This document shows positions 39,333 to 51,445 of a stretch of DNA of 64,000 nucleotides, one piece after another. How positions within the stretch are numbered: the stretch's first letter is position 1; every line of letters begins with the position of its first letter. The notes under the pieces were generated by a model. It ran no database searches. It had not been told where the DNA came from and saw only the letters and a program-made list of their open reading frames with translations. Made by a program: the position numbers and the translations under genes. Origin of the DNA: Marsupella aquatica (Eukaryota; Plantae; Marchantiophyta); assembly GCA_973895155.1 (NCBI GenBank), contig OZ316898.1, positions 13,856,330 to 13,920,329 on the forward strand. Reading direction: 5' to 3'.

Positions 39333-40680
39333 AACAAGAAATCCACGAAGAAAACCTCCAAACATGGCGAAACAAATAGAAAAGTCCAATCAGTGGAAGG
39401 GGAGAACATACCACATCGGACAATTTCCCACTCCATCTTTCAAGCTCGACAGATTCTGTTTCTTTCGGAAACATTTGTTTGCAAGTCGCCCAGTCTTTCT
39501 GCCCTGACAACTAAACAAAAAGCTTGCTGATTTTCACAAGTTTCTTGTAACTCTCGGCTTCTTTTGCCATCTGCTCCAAAGAGATCATCCGGTCCTTCAC
39601 TTGGAGAAGAAGGGACTCCAAAAATTGGTCATGTTCAATTCCCTGGATTGCTCTCCAAGGTGTCAAGGTAAGGCCCCCTGCAAGCTTATTCAAAGCTTTT
39701 GGAATCGACTGCGCTTTTCCCTTTCCTTTCTTGAGTTTCTTGATTGGTGACTTCTGCTTATTCTGCCCTTTGATCTCCAACTTGTTCCACATCTCAAAGA
39801 TCTGGTCTTGGAGTTCCCAGACCTTACCCGACCTAAACGCAATTTGGAAGAGAGGCTCATGCTTCTTCAGGCTTGTGGCGTCCCCCGGAAAAAACCCGTC
39901 GAGGCAAACCTCCATCGCACACGCTTCTCTAGTCTCCTTGGTTTTTGTCATTCCTCTAGCAATAAAAATCTTATGCATTGTTTGGATTTGATCAATGTTG
40001 TTCATTTTTTTCCTGTACTCCTGATCAATATTATGTTGGATGCTAAGTTTGTGAATGTCCTCCCTTGTGAGACCAGCATACACCCAAGCTTGGAGTTCAT
40101 TGAAGATCTCTCTCCCATAATCCTGATACAATTCTCTCTTGGCCCGAGCACCGTGATTACCTCCAATCACTCGATATCTCCAGCTTGCTGCCTTTTCTGG
40201 GTCCCAGTCTGTCACTGTCGGGCAGTCTTCCGGGATCACAAACAAGACAAATGGCGTCGTGAAATTTGTCGGATTCATTTTCATCAAAGTCTTGATGTTC
40301 TCCACATGCAACCGATCGACTGTTCGAACCAACGTTGAGTTCTCGTCGTCAATATCGTCAACAAGAAGCAGGTTAGTTGTTTTTAGAATAACTGTTGTCT
40401 TCTAAACTCGCTTAGTCTCCATCAACCGAGACACTTCTTCACGAACCACAAGTGTCTCTTCCCGCTGCAAAGCTGTGGTGATATCTGTTGAATCGTTTTT
40501 CTTTTCTTTAACAGCTCCTCTAGATGATAAAGAAAGCCCACCTGACAAAGTTGAAGGAATCTGAGGTGTCTGTGAAATTGGTGGGACCAAAGATGAGACA
40601 ACACTTCCTAGTGCAGAAGGCGCGCGCTTCTAGATGTCACGTCGATCCAATTTCTTCTTGACAATAGCTTCTCCTGACAC

Positions 40681-43600
40681 TGTGGTGCGTCCCATGGCTC
40701 CCTAAACCCCAGAAACCCCCCTTCACAAGCCGATTCCCGCGGGTTTCGCGCTTGGCGAGGCCGTTTCCACGGCTTAGTGGCATGGGACACTGCTAACCTC
40801 CTACTACTACTATTAACATTTTACACACATATACTGGACAGATCCTTCATCGGGTCATGAGATACGTAGCCGGCCTAATCTAGGCCTTCCCTTGTCTTCC
40901 CCTCCGTCTTGTTAGGTATATTTGGATTCCGCCGCCGGAATGATCCCCAATAGGCTTGGTTAAGCCGCTAAGACCTCTCTCAGCTCAACACATCCAACTC
41001 TCACTCCCTTGCTTACTTTCCTTCCTCTATTAGTTGATGTGGGCACTCTTCACACAAGTTAATGCGACACACAAATAGCAAAATGACTCCTTCTGACTGA
41101 GTCATACCATGCACTTGCCATACAAACAGTACATCTCATACACAAGCTCTGCGAACTAAGTCGTGAGGCCAACTCTATTCAGCTCTTAGGCATGAGGAAA
41201 CATGAATATACACAAGGGTCACTGTATGACTAACCGAGAGCTTCTCTTACTACTTGATCCCAGCCCGGCTGGTGCAACTAAAAACTTGCTAAAGAAGAGG
41301 CCCTGAGCTCCCCGCTGCCCAGGTACTTATCCTGGTAGTGGATCCGCCTAATTCCTTGTAGCGTAAGCTTAATCTACCTAACTGAATCTACCTATGTACA
41401 GCGAGGCAGGAGTACAAGTGTTGCTCTTACCAGTGGAACCGCAATCCCACTAAGCTAAGTGTCAGGGACGCCTCCTGGTCCTGATCCTAATCCTAAACTT
41501 AGAGATCTGAGCCCGCCCTGCCCACTCACGCCTCCTCCCTCCATGTCCGCCCTCCTTGAAAGGAGCGGCCCTCCACCACCGTCATGGCAGCGGTGTCTGT
41601 TCCTCAGTGGACACCCCCAATGCTTCCACCTCAGCCACTGCTGTAGGTTCGTTCTCTGACAGATTACCTGCCCTTGACTGAGTCAACTCTCCATCGGCCT
41701 GACTGGGTCCACCCCCGGCAACGGCATCGGCTTCAACATCAGCCTCGGCTATGGCCTCAGCCACGGCTATGGCCTCAGCCACGGCTACGGCCTCAGCCAT
41801 GGCTACGGCCTCCCCTGCACACTCAAGTGGCGGATTGGGTACCTCGGCTTCATTACCGAGTATCCTGGCCTCGGCTTTGTCATCCCCTTCTTCTAGGGTA
41901 GTTGGATCCTCTGCCGTAACCCTACTTGAGGTCGGTGCTGGGTTTACCTCCTTGGTTACCACGGCCTGTGGAGCCGTATTACTCCCTGACCCTGAAGGTT
42001 TCCGCTTCTTCTTCTTTTCTGGTTCGGCAGCTGGCCCCTTCCCCTTCCCACTTACTTCCGGCACTAGTGCAAATGGGGCGGCTTGTCCTTCGGCCAGTAC
42101 CACTCCTGATAACTTAGTGGCCTCAATTTGAGTTGGCCCTGATGAAGCCAAGCACTTAAATACTACAGCTTGTTTCTTCAACCGCTCCGTTTAGTTGTCA
42201 GCTCATCGTTGTAAGTTCTCTAGCTTCCGCGTGCTTTCCTCCAACTCTTCCTGCACTTCGTCCAGGTCCTTGCACGCCTCCTCCAGCTCCTTTTGGGCTT
42301 CCTCCAATTCCTGTTTAAATGCAGTTCTCTCCTCCCGGGTCGCTCTTAACTCCTTGTCGAGCTCTGCAATGATGACACACTCCATCTGGTTCATCTTGGC
42401 GTAAGTCTGATCGAGCATATTGTCCTTCTCACGCAGGTCGGCTTTGAAGCTGGCCGTCAGGGACGCAAACTCCTATTGCAGCGCAATAATCCCTTGATAG
42501 GATTTCCCTAACTCGGCCTCCTTCTTCTCAAGGGCTCTGCGGATAACCTTGAGCTCCCCCTTCAATGCCCTTTCCCTTCTTTGGGTCTCCGCCCTGGCCC
42601 AGTCGTTGGCTGTTATGTGGGCCTCCTCTGTATCCCTCAGCTCTCGCTTCCACTTCTCCCGCTCCTTGATCGCATCGGCCAACTCTTCTTGGGTTCGAGT
42701 CAATTTATTCTTGATAATCCGATTATCAGATTGTGCGGTATCCAATTGGCCCTGCATGATATTTAGCTCATGCCGCTTAATCCGTAGCTCATCTTGGGCT
42801 TTCTTGGCCGCCCTCAGGTCTTTGATTTCGGCTTCCCTTGCCCTGAGCCGACGGATGACCTCGTCCTTCTTGCTTCTTTCCAAAGCCACCGCTTCTTCTA
42901 ATTGACGCTTCTCCAACATCTCCCTCTGAAAAAAGGGTCCATGCTCCAACTCTTCCCCAAAGATGCTGAGCACCAGCTCTCCACACATTTCCCCGTACTC
43001 CATGGCTCTATTTTTAGCATAGGTGGAGGAAGTAGAAGTCATCGGCATCATCCACCGTGGCCTGTGCTCCCAAGCCGCCTTGCGGATCTCTTCTATTATG
43101 GCTGGAGGGATGCTTCGCTTTTCTGCAAGCCGCCTGATGTCCTCTGGCCATTCTCCTCCTCGTAAATCCTTTTCCCTAGCCAGGGCTGCCTCCTTTTCCT
43201 CCCTGATTCGCTCCTGAAATTCCTGCGCCGTTTGTTTTATGCCGTCAAAGCTCAGGGGAGCGACATCTGGTGGGGGAGACTCGGGGCTGCTCTACTGGCT
43301 CGGGTCTCCTCGAACTACTCTTGGGAGCGTGGGGATGAACCGGCCACAGGTCCTTACTCCTGGAACATGATGATCCGACCCGTAGCCGGAGTCATCATTG
43401 CTGTAGTCCTCTACCGCCTCCTCCTCGACTTGGACTACCGGCTTCTCCCGCTGTTCTCCTGGTTTTGTCCTGAACACGGCTTCACCTCTCACCGGTCTTG
43501 GTTCCTCCTCCGGCTTCCGTGTTGATCTCTTGTTCTCCTTGTCGTGGCCGGGAGCTACGGCCTGCTTCTCCTCGGCTTCGGGACTTGAGGCTCTGACATA

Positions 43601-45452
43601 CATCTGGACTCCCGGCTCGTGTTCCGGCCTCCTTCTCTCCTTGACCCCAGTAAAGGGGTTTTCCCTTGTAAGACGGCTTAGGCCCACCTCTGGAGCAGTG
43701 TCCTGCATTGGTGCTGTTGCCGTTGCCGTTGCCATTCTCTTTTCCTTCTCCAGCAATTTCAGCAGATTCTGCATGCCTGGTTGCTGCATCGGCAAGTCCT
43801 TCGTCCTTGGCCTAAACACCTGCTCGATTGTAGGATTGTCGGGCGGGTTGGGTTTCTCCGTTGCCGGCCTCTGCTCCGGGACCTCCTCCGGTGCTCTAGC
43901 CGATAGGGGAAGTACTGGGGCAAAGATTTGACTTCTGGCATACCGGCACAACAGCGGCATGTGATAGCCAAGCCGGGACACGCTTCCCACGCCGATCATC
44001 TGTTGTTCCTCCTTCAAGATCTTCTTCAGTTGGTTGAGGAGGTACCCATTGTAATCCCGACTTGGGTCTGGCCTTTTTGCCAGGTAGACCTGAGCCTTGC
44101 CGATCTCTGCCCTCGGCAAGTTACAGTGCATGGTTACCCGCAAGAAATCGATCATCTCTCCGATGTGCAGGTTGGTGCAGGTGTTCCGGAAGAAGCCATT
44201 TTTTGTTGATGGTCCTGGGAACGACCGAAACTCCTTGTCAGGTAAGGTCTTCCTGGTATCAACCTTGGTCTTATTACCCATCGACAAGCCAAACACTTCA
44301 GCAATCACCCGGGGAGTGAGATAGAAATCCTTCCCATACACCCTTGTGGAATTGGTCTCGGACTCCCATGATCCCACGAATTCTAACAAGTCTGAGTCCG
44401 GCACCTCCGGGTTCAGCCATGGTAATCTTACGAAGGCTTCCAAGCCGGATCCGGCCATGAAGCCTTGGTACTTCTTGGTCTGCATAGCTATAAAGCATGC
44501 ATCCTCCCCCCGTGCAAAGTGTAATTGCACTTCCTCCGGTAGGGTCGCTGCCCAGCCTTTCCAGGTGTCATCGTTTGTTGGAATGGCATTGATGGGGTCG
44601 ACCTCCTCCTCCTCGGCTTCTCTCTGCCTCCTGCTCTGCTGTTCTGCTGGCTTCTTTGGTGCCGCCGACCTCGTTCTTTTTGCCGGGGTGGCCTCTTCAT
44701 TGTTGTTGCCCTTCCTCTTCATCTCGGCTGCCGTGGATGTCTCTCCTAGCACGGTTGCCTTTGTCCACCCCTCCGTGCTACCCTTCAACTCCCAGTGTAT
44801 GTCGTTGCAGCGTTTGATGGCTTCGTGGATGCCGATGACTCTGTCATCGCAAAACAGCAGGTCGTCTAGCTCGTTGCTAGTAGGCGTCCACATGAATTCA
44901 GCCTTGATGAGTTCTCCTCCTAAGAAGGCAGCTTTCTGCAGCTCCCACAATCGAGCGAGCTCCTACCGTTCTCGAGCTGCTCTCTCCGATTCTTCATCCT
45001 CGTAAGTCCCAATGTACTCAGTTGCCCGTTTGAACAGGCATCCCCAAAAATGTGCCGCTTGATTGACGTTGCTCATACCCTTCTCGAGTTGATAGTCGGT
45101 ATTTGTTCCCACCCTGAGCGCTTGCCTAAGCAGTTGACAGTAGTTGGCCGCCCGTAGTCGCCTGCCCAGTTCGTGCTTGCAAATGAGCCACTACTCCTTG
45201 CAAGCGGTCCTTACCCCTCTCCTCCTAAGGTTCTCCCTCCCGTTGGTTACCCCTAGCCGCCGGCACTTAGCGTGCCCTAACCCTAATCATATTCTCTCCC
45301 CTGGCGTCCTTACTTCCGGCCTCGGCTCGGGTTCCATAGTCACCCTTAATTGTTTATATTTTCCTTATTTATGTAACTATACTAAGGTGTTTCTAGGGTA
45401 CACTTCCCTTTTCCCCTTAAACTAGCCCAGTGATTCCTGGCTAGGCATCACA
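40681..45452 (-). mobile_element. Solo-LTR-like unit A (4.8 kb) carrying a gene
   Basis: TGTGGTG...CATCACA ends; TSD GACAC (40676-40680 and 45453-45457); removal restores VAVSGEAIVKK in the interrupted frame; shares the ATTCC(A/G)GCGG(C/T)GGAA...ATACCTA motif with units B and C. Confidence 0.88.
41582..45077 (-). pseudogene. Retroelement accessory-type protein with long coiled coil inside unit A
   Basis: ORFs 43292-44950, 42473-43051, 42203-42418 and 41582-42181; motif LLEFVGSW...VYGKDFYLTPRVIAEVFGL; no gag or pol motifs. Confidence 0.72.
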
Positions 45453-45643
45453 GACACCGCTACTTTAGAACCTTCCCCAGAGAGTTGATCTGCAAGCTTC
45501 CTCTTTGCCGGTTCCTTAAAAGAAACTGTGGCAAATTTCTCCTTTGTCGAGGGTGTTCCAGACATCTCCCCTGACTTTGAAGCCGGATCGGTAGGCTTCA
45601 TCACTTTCAACTTTAAAGGCCGCTCTTTGACGCCAAAGTTGGC

Positions 45644-48600
45644 TGTGACACGGGTACGTGTCACTTAACGGAACCCAGGTCGTAGATTAGGCCATATACG
45701 GGCATTAGGACCGTAGCCATAGCGTAGAATAGCACGTATAGCCGTCGGTTGCCATTATGATTAGATTAGGAGTAGGTTAAGATGACCAAATAATTACGAG
45801 TTCAGGAAAGGGATTATTACGCACGACCGAGGTACGGTGGCGGCAACGGAGTAAAAATCAGTTAGAAAAATCACGCTTGGACCGAGGTGCCGACTTTAGC
45901 TCATTATCAATGACCAAAACGGCCTGGCCTTCTCACGCTCGGGCTCATCCTGGCACCTCCATAAGAGAGGAGCCGATGGCGCTACGGGCCATTTGCTCAT
46001 GTCTACCTTTTTGGAATTCACGGACGTTGCCATCCACTCGCCTTTCTGATCGAATCGAGTCAACCCTTACAAGGAGATTATCGAGGGAGAGGAGCGGAAT
46101 GTGGCGAGATTTAGTCACGATGATCGAGGCCTCCACGAGGAAAAAGACCAGTCGGGTGGGAACGTGGACTCAACAAACCGGACTACGAGGTTAGTATGAC
46201 CCTCACAGCCTTGGGATTTTGGACCTTGTTTGGCGAGGTAGGTGCTAAGTTCTCCGAGACTTACTGGTACTCTTGTCCCGAGAAAGCCGCTTACGAACGA
46301 AGATACGCGAAGCTGGTAACCAAGGTGGCACTAGTTAATTGCGAAAGGACAGCCATCACCAGGGATTCCAGCTACAACGAGCTGCAAGACTACATCACCG
46401 AACTATATCTCAGCGAGGAAGGGCTTAGATCGGTAGCAGAGGCGATTCTTGAGGTCCCAACGAAGTTCTTTAAGTTGAAGGGCAGCCAGCGGCTTACTCA
46501 AGCGGAGTTTGACAAGATTCCAGGGTACCTAGACCAGCAGATCGCAGCCGAAAAGTGCCAAGAAGACATCAGCAAACAACGGGAAGCGGCGCGTAATCTT
46601 ATGTTCCTCGGGGAAAGCTCCAACGCCTTCAACTGGGATATGGCTGCCCCGATACCACCAGTGCCTCAGCCGATGACCACCGGCGTACCGCCGAACCGGT
46701 CCCAAGTCCGTCCAGTAATCAACACAAAGTGTTTTTCGGGTTCCGAGCGAGCTAGTCCGCAACTCGAACAGCGTCCTTGTAAGCAGCCAAGGACTACGAC
46801 GGCCCCCAAATCAACAACGTGGACCAACGCCGCGCTTGCACCTGCCCCGATAAACCCCCCGACCAACCAGACCCGACGGCCCCCGGATAACCCGAAGTCC
46901 AACTTATTATAGGTAATCCGCGTCCCCGAAGTAGTCTGGATCGCGATCAAGAAACTCGAACATGCGGACTATCTAAAGGAGCATCAGTTGGAGCAGTTCG
47001 CTCACTTGCTTTGGAGGCCGTGCACCGCCGGGCCGAAGGAGATTTGTGAGTTCATCTCCAATTTCGACACTGACGCGTCGACCACCAAGGTTTCGGGGCA
47101 GGCCTTATCACTCACGGAGCATCGGTTAACGCAAATCTTCTACCTACCAACCGGGCCAGTGCCGGTGGAAATCCAAATTCGGGATAAGGAGTATACGCCG
47201 TGGCACTTCAAACCTGAGGGTAAGATGAACAACAAATACAAGCAGGGGGCATGCACCAACTTAACCTGTATGGAGCGGCTTAACTTCATACGGACTACCC
47301 TACACATGATTGAGCCACGATCCGAGATTTCCCTCTGCACGATCGTGCAGGTGGAACAATACAAACGACAAAACTGGGCCCAATTCTTCTACCGAAGATT
47401 CTCGGGGAGCTGAAGCGGGCTCAGGGTGGTATGGCTATTGGGGGGAAGACTTACTTGGGAAGTCATATCGCCATTATCCTCGCCTGGTACAAGGCACGGC
47501 GGGAGGCCAGAGGAAAGAATATGGCCACCTCAGCCCCGGCTAATGTCACCCCCGCCCCGGAGGAGGCAACCCCGAGCACGTGGACTACCATCCCTCGGGC
47601 AAACCCCGAGCCGGAAGCCCCGACTAATACTCCGCCACCTCCTCCTGTGGAAATTCCGCCGCCCCCTTCCGTTGAGCCTCCACTACCCGCAGTACAACCA
47701 CCCCCAATCCCTCCACCACCTGAAGATATCTTCCCCTCCCCAGCGCTGACTACAGAGGAGATCGTTGCTCCACCCGAGGAGCCACCGGTACCCGAGAGGA
47801 TGGAGGACTACCAAGTAGCCCCGGGGACCATGGCCTACGACCTGGTCCAGAAGTTTAGCCAGACTATGTCTGGGGAGCTGGCAACATACATCGGACAACA
47901 AGTCTCGGCGTACTTTCAACCAGCCTTCTTCATGTTAGAGCACCAACCACGGATCGTAAGCCGCTTGGAAGAAGAACTCATGGCGAAGGGGAATGAGATC
48001 GGGCGCCTCCAGATGCTGGTAGAGCACCTCAAGGAGGAGGCAACTACCCGCCGCGAGGAGTTAGTCCGCACCGTCGAACAGAGGGACGGACTAACCTAGG
48101 AGTTAAGTGGAGCGCAGGCCAAACTCAAGAAGCTGGACGACACCGTGCTTCAATTACGCTTAGAATCTTCGGCTCGAGTTACCAGCCTGACCGACCTCAA
48201 CAAACAATTCCTGCAGGCAGCACAGCAGGTGGCTAGTCTCTCCGCCGAATGAGATAAATTGCTAGCGCAGGACCAGATCCATCGCGACTCCATCGACCAG
48301 CTCAATCTGGAGGTAGCGCTCCAGACCGAGGCCGATGAAGCTGCAAATGAGGCGGAGGAGGCGGTACGGGACAACAAGGCCTTGCAGGACCGCATTACCC
48401 TGCTCGTCCTCCAGCGGGGAAAACCTTGGCCCACCTCTGATCAAGGCGGCTCGAGGTCTCGTCCCGACAAGGGGACCAGCCCTGGTCCAACCACTGCACA
48501 CACGTAAGGGGTGGTTAGCGAAGGGTGGAAGCAGGCGCCGCGCAAGGCAGTTAAGACAACGACATCTTTTGGTTAGGCGTAACGATAGAATGACTGTCAT

Positions 48601-49458
48601 TAGGCGCCGATTAGCGGCAGTAAGAAGAATTAGGGCCGAATCAGTTAGGATCAGCCAACATAGGATGGAGTCCATCAACGGACTAGAGTTTGTCAGTAGG
48701 CTTGGCCGTTGCCATCCTGGTCGGCACCTTGTCATCGACGGTCAACCAGTCAGTGCGGCGCGGCCAGTAGTCAGTAGGCAGTATCCTCCGGCTCTCCTCC
48801 GCCATTGTAGTATTTAGGCTTCCCCTTCCGCTATGGAAGGGGGAGAAGGCTTAGTTATCTCAGCAAAAGAAAGGTGAGGCACGGGGAGTCCCGGCCTGAG
48901 CAGGGTCAGAGCGCACCAAGGAGTGAGAGCCAGAGTCGAGCTTGCTGGGCAAGTGCGCGGCAGGGCCTCGTAGAGACTGGGCATCGACTGCCGTTGGGCC
49001 TGCTGACCCCCTTTGAAGTCGAGTCAACCATGTAAACTGATGCTTCGCTGAGTAAATGTAGTCTTTTCCCCCTAATGTTTCCGCAAGTAACTGGTGTTGT
49101 GTGTATGCTTTGTCTGGGTAAGGCGCCATTTTAAGGGACGTACCGGGTGCGGACTAATGGTAGGGATTGCCACTCATTGTATGTCACAAGGTCCTGTCGT
49201 GTCGATGGCTTGAAAGGCCCCAAGCCGGGAGTTAGTCCGAGTCACTAACTGAGGGAATATTCCAGCGGTGGAAAACAAATATACCTATGACTAGTACAAA
49301 TTACGCAGGTGTTATACCAGTAAGTATATCGACTTAGCCCGACTTAGGGCTAATAGAGGTCACTACACACCTCCTTGCCCAAACCCTCACCCTTACTGGT
49401 GGTCGAGGTCGCACCATGGCACTAAACTGGATTTAAGGCCCAAGTTAGCGGCGCGACA
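45644..49458 (+). mobile_element. Solo-LTR-like unit B (3.8 kb) carrying a gene
   Basis: TGT...ACA ends; TSD TTGGC/TCGGC (one C>T difference); removal restores VVGADFGVKERP; 3' 600 bp homologous to unit C. Confidence 0.85.
46196..48507 (+). pseudogene. Retroelement accessory-type protein (Pro-rich linker, coiled coil) inside unit B
   Basis: Near-continuous frame with in-frame stops and one frameshift; motifs ICEFISNF...VSGQALSLTEHRLTQIFYL and QNWAQFF, similar to the unit A ORF. Confidence 0.72.
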
Positions 49459-50068
49459 TCGGCTCCAACAACGGACCTATACGCTACCTTCGTAAAATCC
49501 TCAACAACCCTCCAAGACTTCAAGACAAATTTCAAACACCAATAAGAAAAGTCCTCAATCTCCGGCACTTCCGAAATTAGCTGGCAGATCGGGTCATCAG
49601 GAAATGTGTTCATCAAGACCCGATCAATTTTCTCGTAGTTGAGGACAACTACAGTGAAGGCATTGTTCGGAAGAATGCAAAGGTACATTGGAATCTTCTT
49701 CAGCTATTTTGTTTTTGAGTCAGTGATATCCGCCTCCTCGGTGTCCATGACTAATCCATAATGGCAATGGTCTTTACCCTTAACGATAACCAACCACACC
49801 GCTGGACCTTCATATGCTCTATGAATATCCATCGCCCGAGCATCCCTGAAGTACCACCTATTCCTCACGAGTTTCTCCTCCGTGTAAAGGTCTTTCTTCC
49901 AAATCTCATCGACGATGGATGTCCGTGCAGACTGGGTCGAACCAGACGACTTTGATTTGTTCGACATGATCCTGAAAAAGATTGACACACTTAGAACCAG
50001 ACCAAACCACTTGGCATCCAACATCAACAATTGCCAAGTCTGACGCAAAGAACGAAAAAGAGGGAGTT

Positions 50069-50448
50069 GAATGCGAAATGGGATACGCGGTATCCCACTT
50101 CGCATCCAACAACAACAAATGTCCAGAGTCTGATGCAATTAACGAAAAAGAGGGACTTGAATGCGAAATGGGATACGCAGTATCCCACTTTGCATCCAAC
50201 CTCAACAATTGCCTCGAGTCTGATGCAAAGCACGAAAAAGAGGAGTTGAATGCGAAATGGGATACGCGGTTTCCCAGTTCGTATTCAAAGTCTAGAAAGA
50301 GCAAGGAGGTTCGGATGGAAGACTAAAAAGAGGGTGTTCAATGCGAGATGGGATACGCGGTATCCCATCTTGTATTCAATATTGAAAAGAAGGCCAAATA
50401 ATAGAGTTGAATACAAATGGGGATACGGCGTATCCCTCTCAGGATTCA
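50069..50448. repeat. Palindrome array 4: five units in the probable 5'-UTR intron of the MTase gene
   Basis: Units at about 50069, 50159, 50248, 50339 and 50409; acceptor TTTTTCAG near 49972; minus-strand TATAAATA near 50618-50625. Confidence 0.93.
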
Positions 50449-50854
50449 ACAATTAACCAAACGAGGAGGGGAGAGTTTCTTCAGGTTTTACCTATTTTTT
50501 GGTTTCGATTCGAGCAAATACAAAAAGCTATAGAGATGTTGCGGCCCGAGAAAAATGCGGAGGCAAACAAAGTTGAGAAGAAAAAGAAATGAGAGTAATT
50601 TTTCTGACCAGGCACTTCTATTTATACTTTATCACCTTCGTATCCACAGGCGATAAGGTTTCCACAGGCGATAATGTGTATCCAAAAGCGTAGGGTTGGT
50701 GTCCGGATGTTTGTATATTTTTTCTCTTGATGGGACAAGAGATAAGGCATATCCCCAAGTCCTTGTATTCAACCAAATAGATTTTACGCATAGCGAATCG
50801 GGTAACTCTTTATTCATTCGGAATTGTGCCACAAAAAAAACTAAGTTGATATTC

Positions 50855-51445
50855 TTAAAAAGAGTCTTTACAAAGAGCCCATTCAAGATGGCTCTAAACC
50901 AGACTAGAAGCTTCCCCATATATTTCCAAGAGCCTCGCTTGCTCATCTTTCTCAAGATTGTGCCAGTCTTCTTGAAATCGATTTAGGTCAGACCTTGAAA
51001 ATAAACCTAAGAAATCGATTGGAGGAAGATTCGGTGTTTCCATCCTAACAAAAGCTTCAATATGAACATTCTGAAGGGGTTTTCCATCGGGAATGCTTGT
51101 CAGCATTTCATTTACTTCCTCAAGCTGGCTTTTTGCTAGTCTAAGAATACCCCAGACTCGTGTACAAATTGCGAGCTGGTTCCATTTCTTGGAGGTGCAT
51201 CCAAGCCACACCATGGTTTTTAATCGCATCAATCTTTCATCAGCTTGGTTCTTGGAGGAATCAAACTCATCCTCTATACAACAAACTTTCAAAATGGGTC
51301 AAATGAACGTTTCAACAATCTCATCAGGAAGTCCATCCAAAAGCAATCCGGATTCCCTTTGGCCACTTTTTTGTTGAATTTGTTTCTTCTCTTTGTCGAA
51401 TGACATCGCTAACCTTGTAAAGACAGGGTTCTCAGTGACTGCCAT
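50855..51445 (-). pseudogene. F-box-like protein
   Basis: LLDGLPDEIVETFI(W>stop)PIL...LKTMVWLGCTSKKWNQLA resembles the F-box consensus with an insertion. Confidence 0.6.

Larger units (their letters stand above)
36722..49967 (-). pseudogene. Multidomain gene: N-terminal domain, ParB/Srx-like domain, beta-class N6A/N4C DNA methyltransferase, acidic linker, Ulp1 (C48) peptidase; about 1260 codons
   Basis: Exon 1 = 49967-49459 + 45638-45453 + 40675-39412; further exons 38845-37740, 37621-37176, 37076-37004 and 36922-36722; all introns GT-AG and phase-compatible. Motifs: VRTVD...YRVIGGNH (ParB-like); LHCGD, ADIPYG, YQKPIAL, GDWVADLCAGSGST...AVEL (MTase); YLGDEIM, SSFFY, PIHMSMHWSL, LDSL, PQQPNNSDCG (Ulp1). 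One frameshift and about 7 stops. Confidence 0.88.

Noticed and set aside
39098-39436. Repetitive ORFs across the palindrome arrays (also 49906-50326)
   Set aside because: Artefacts of ~90-bp tandem repeats lying in predicted introns
37960-40400. Bacterial contamination or misassembly explaining the ParB-MTase
   Set aside because: The gene has phase-compatible GT-AG introns, is spliced to a eukaryotic Ulp1 domain and sits inside TSD-flanked plant transposons
40676-40680. Same TSD (GACAC) as the outer Copia, hinting at a rearrangement
   Set aside because: Both pairs close properly around their own termini and the interrupted frame is restored; treated as coincidence
40681-49458. Single DIRS-like or foldback element with inverted ends
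   Set aside because: Resolves into two independent insertions, each with its own 5-bp TSD, separated by in-frame exon sequence; no tyrosine recombinase or RT
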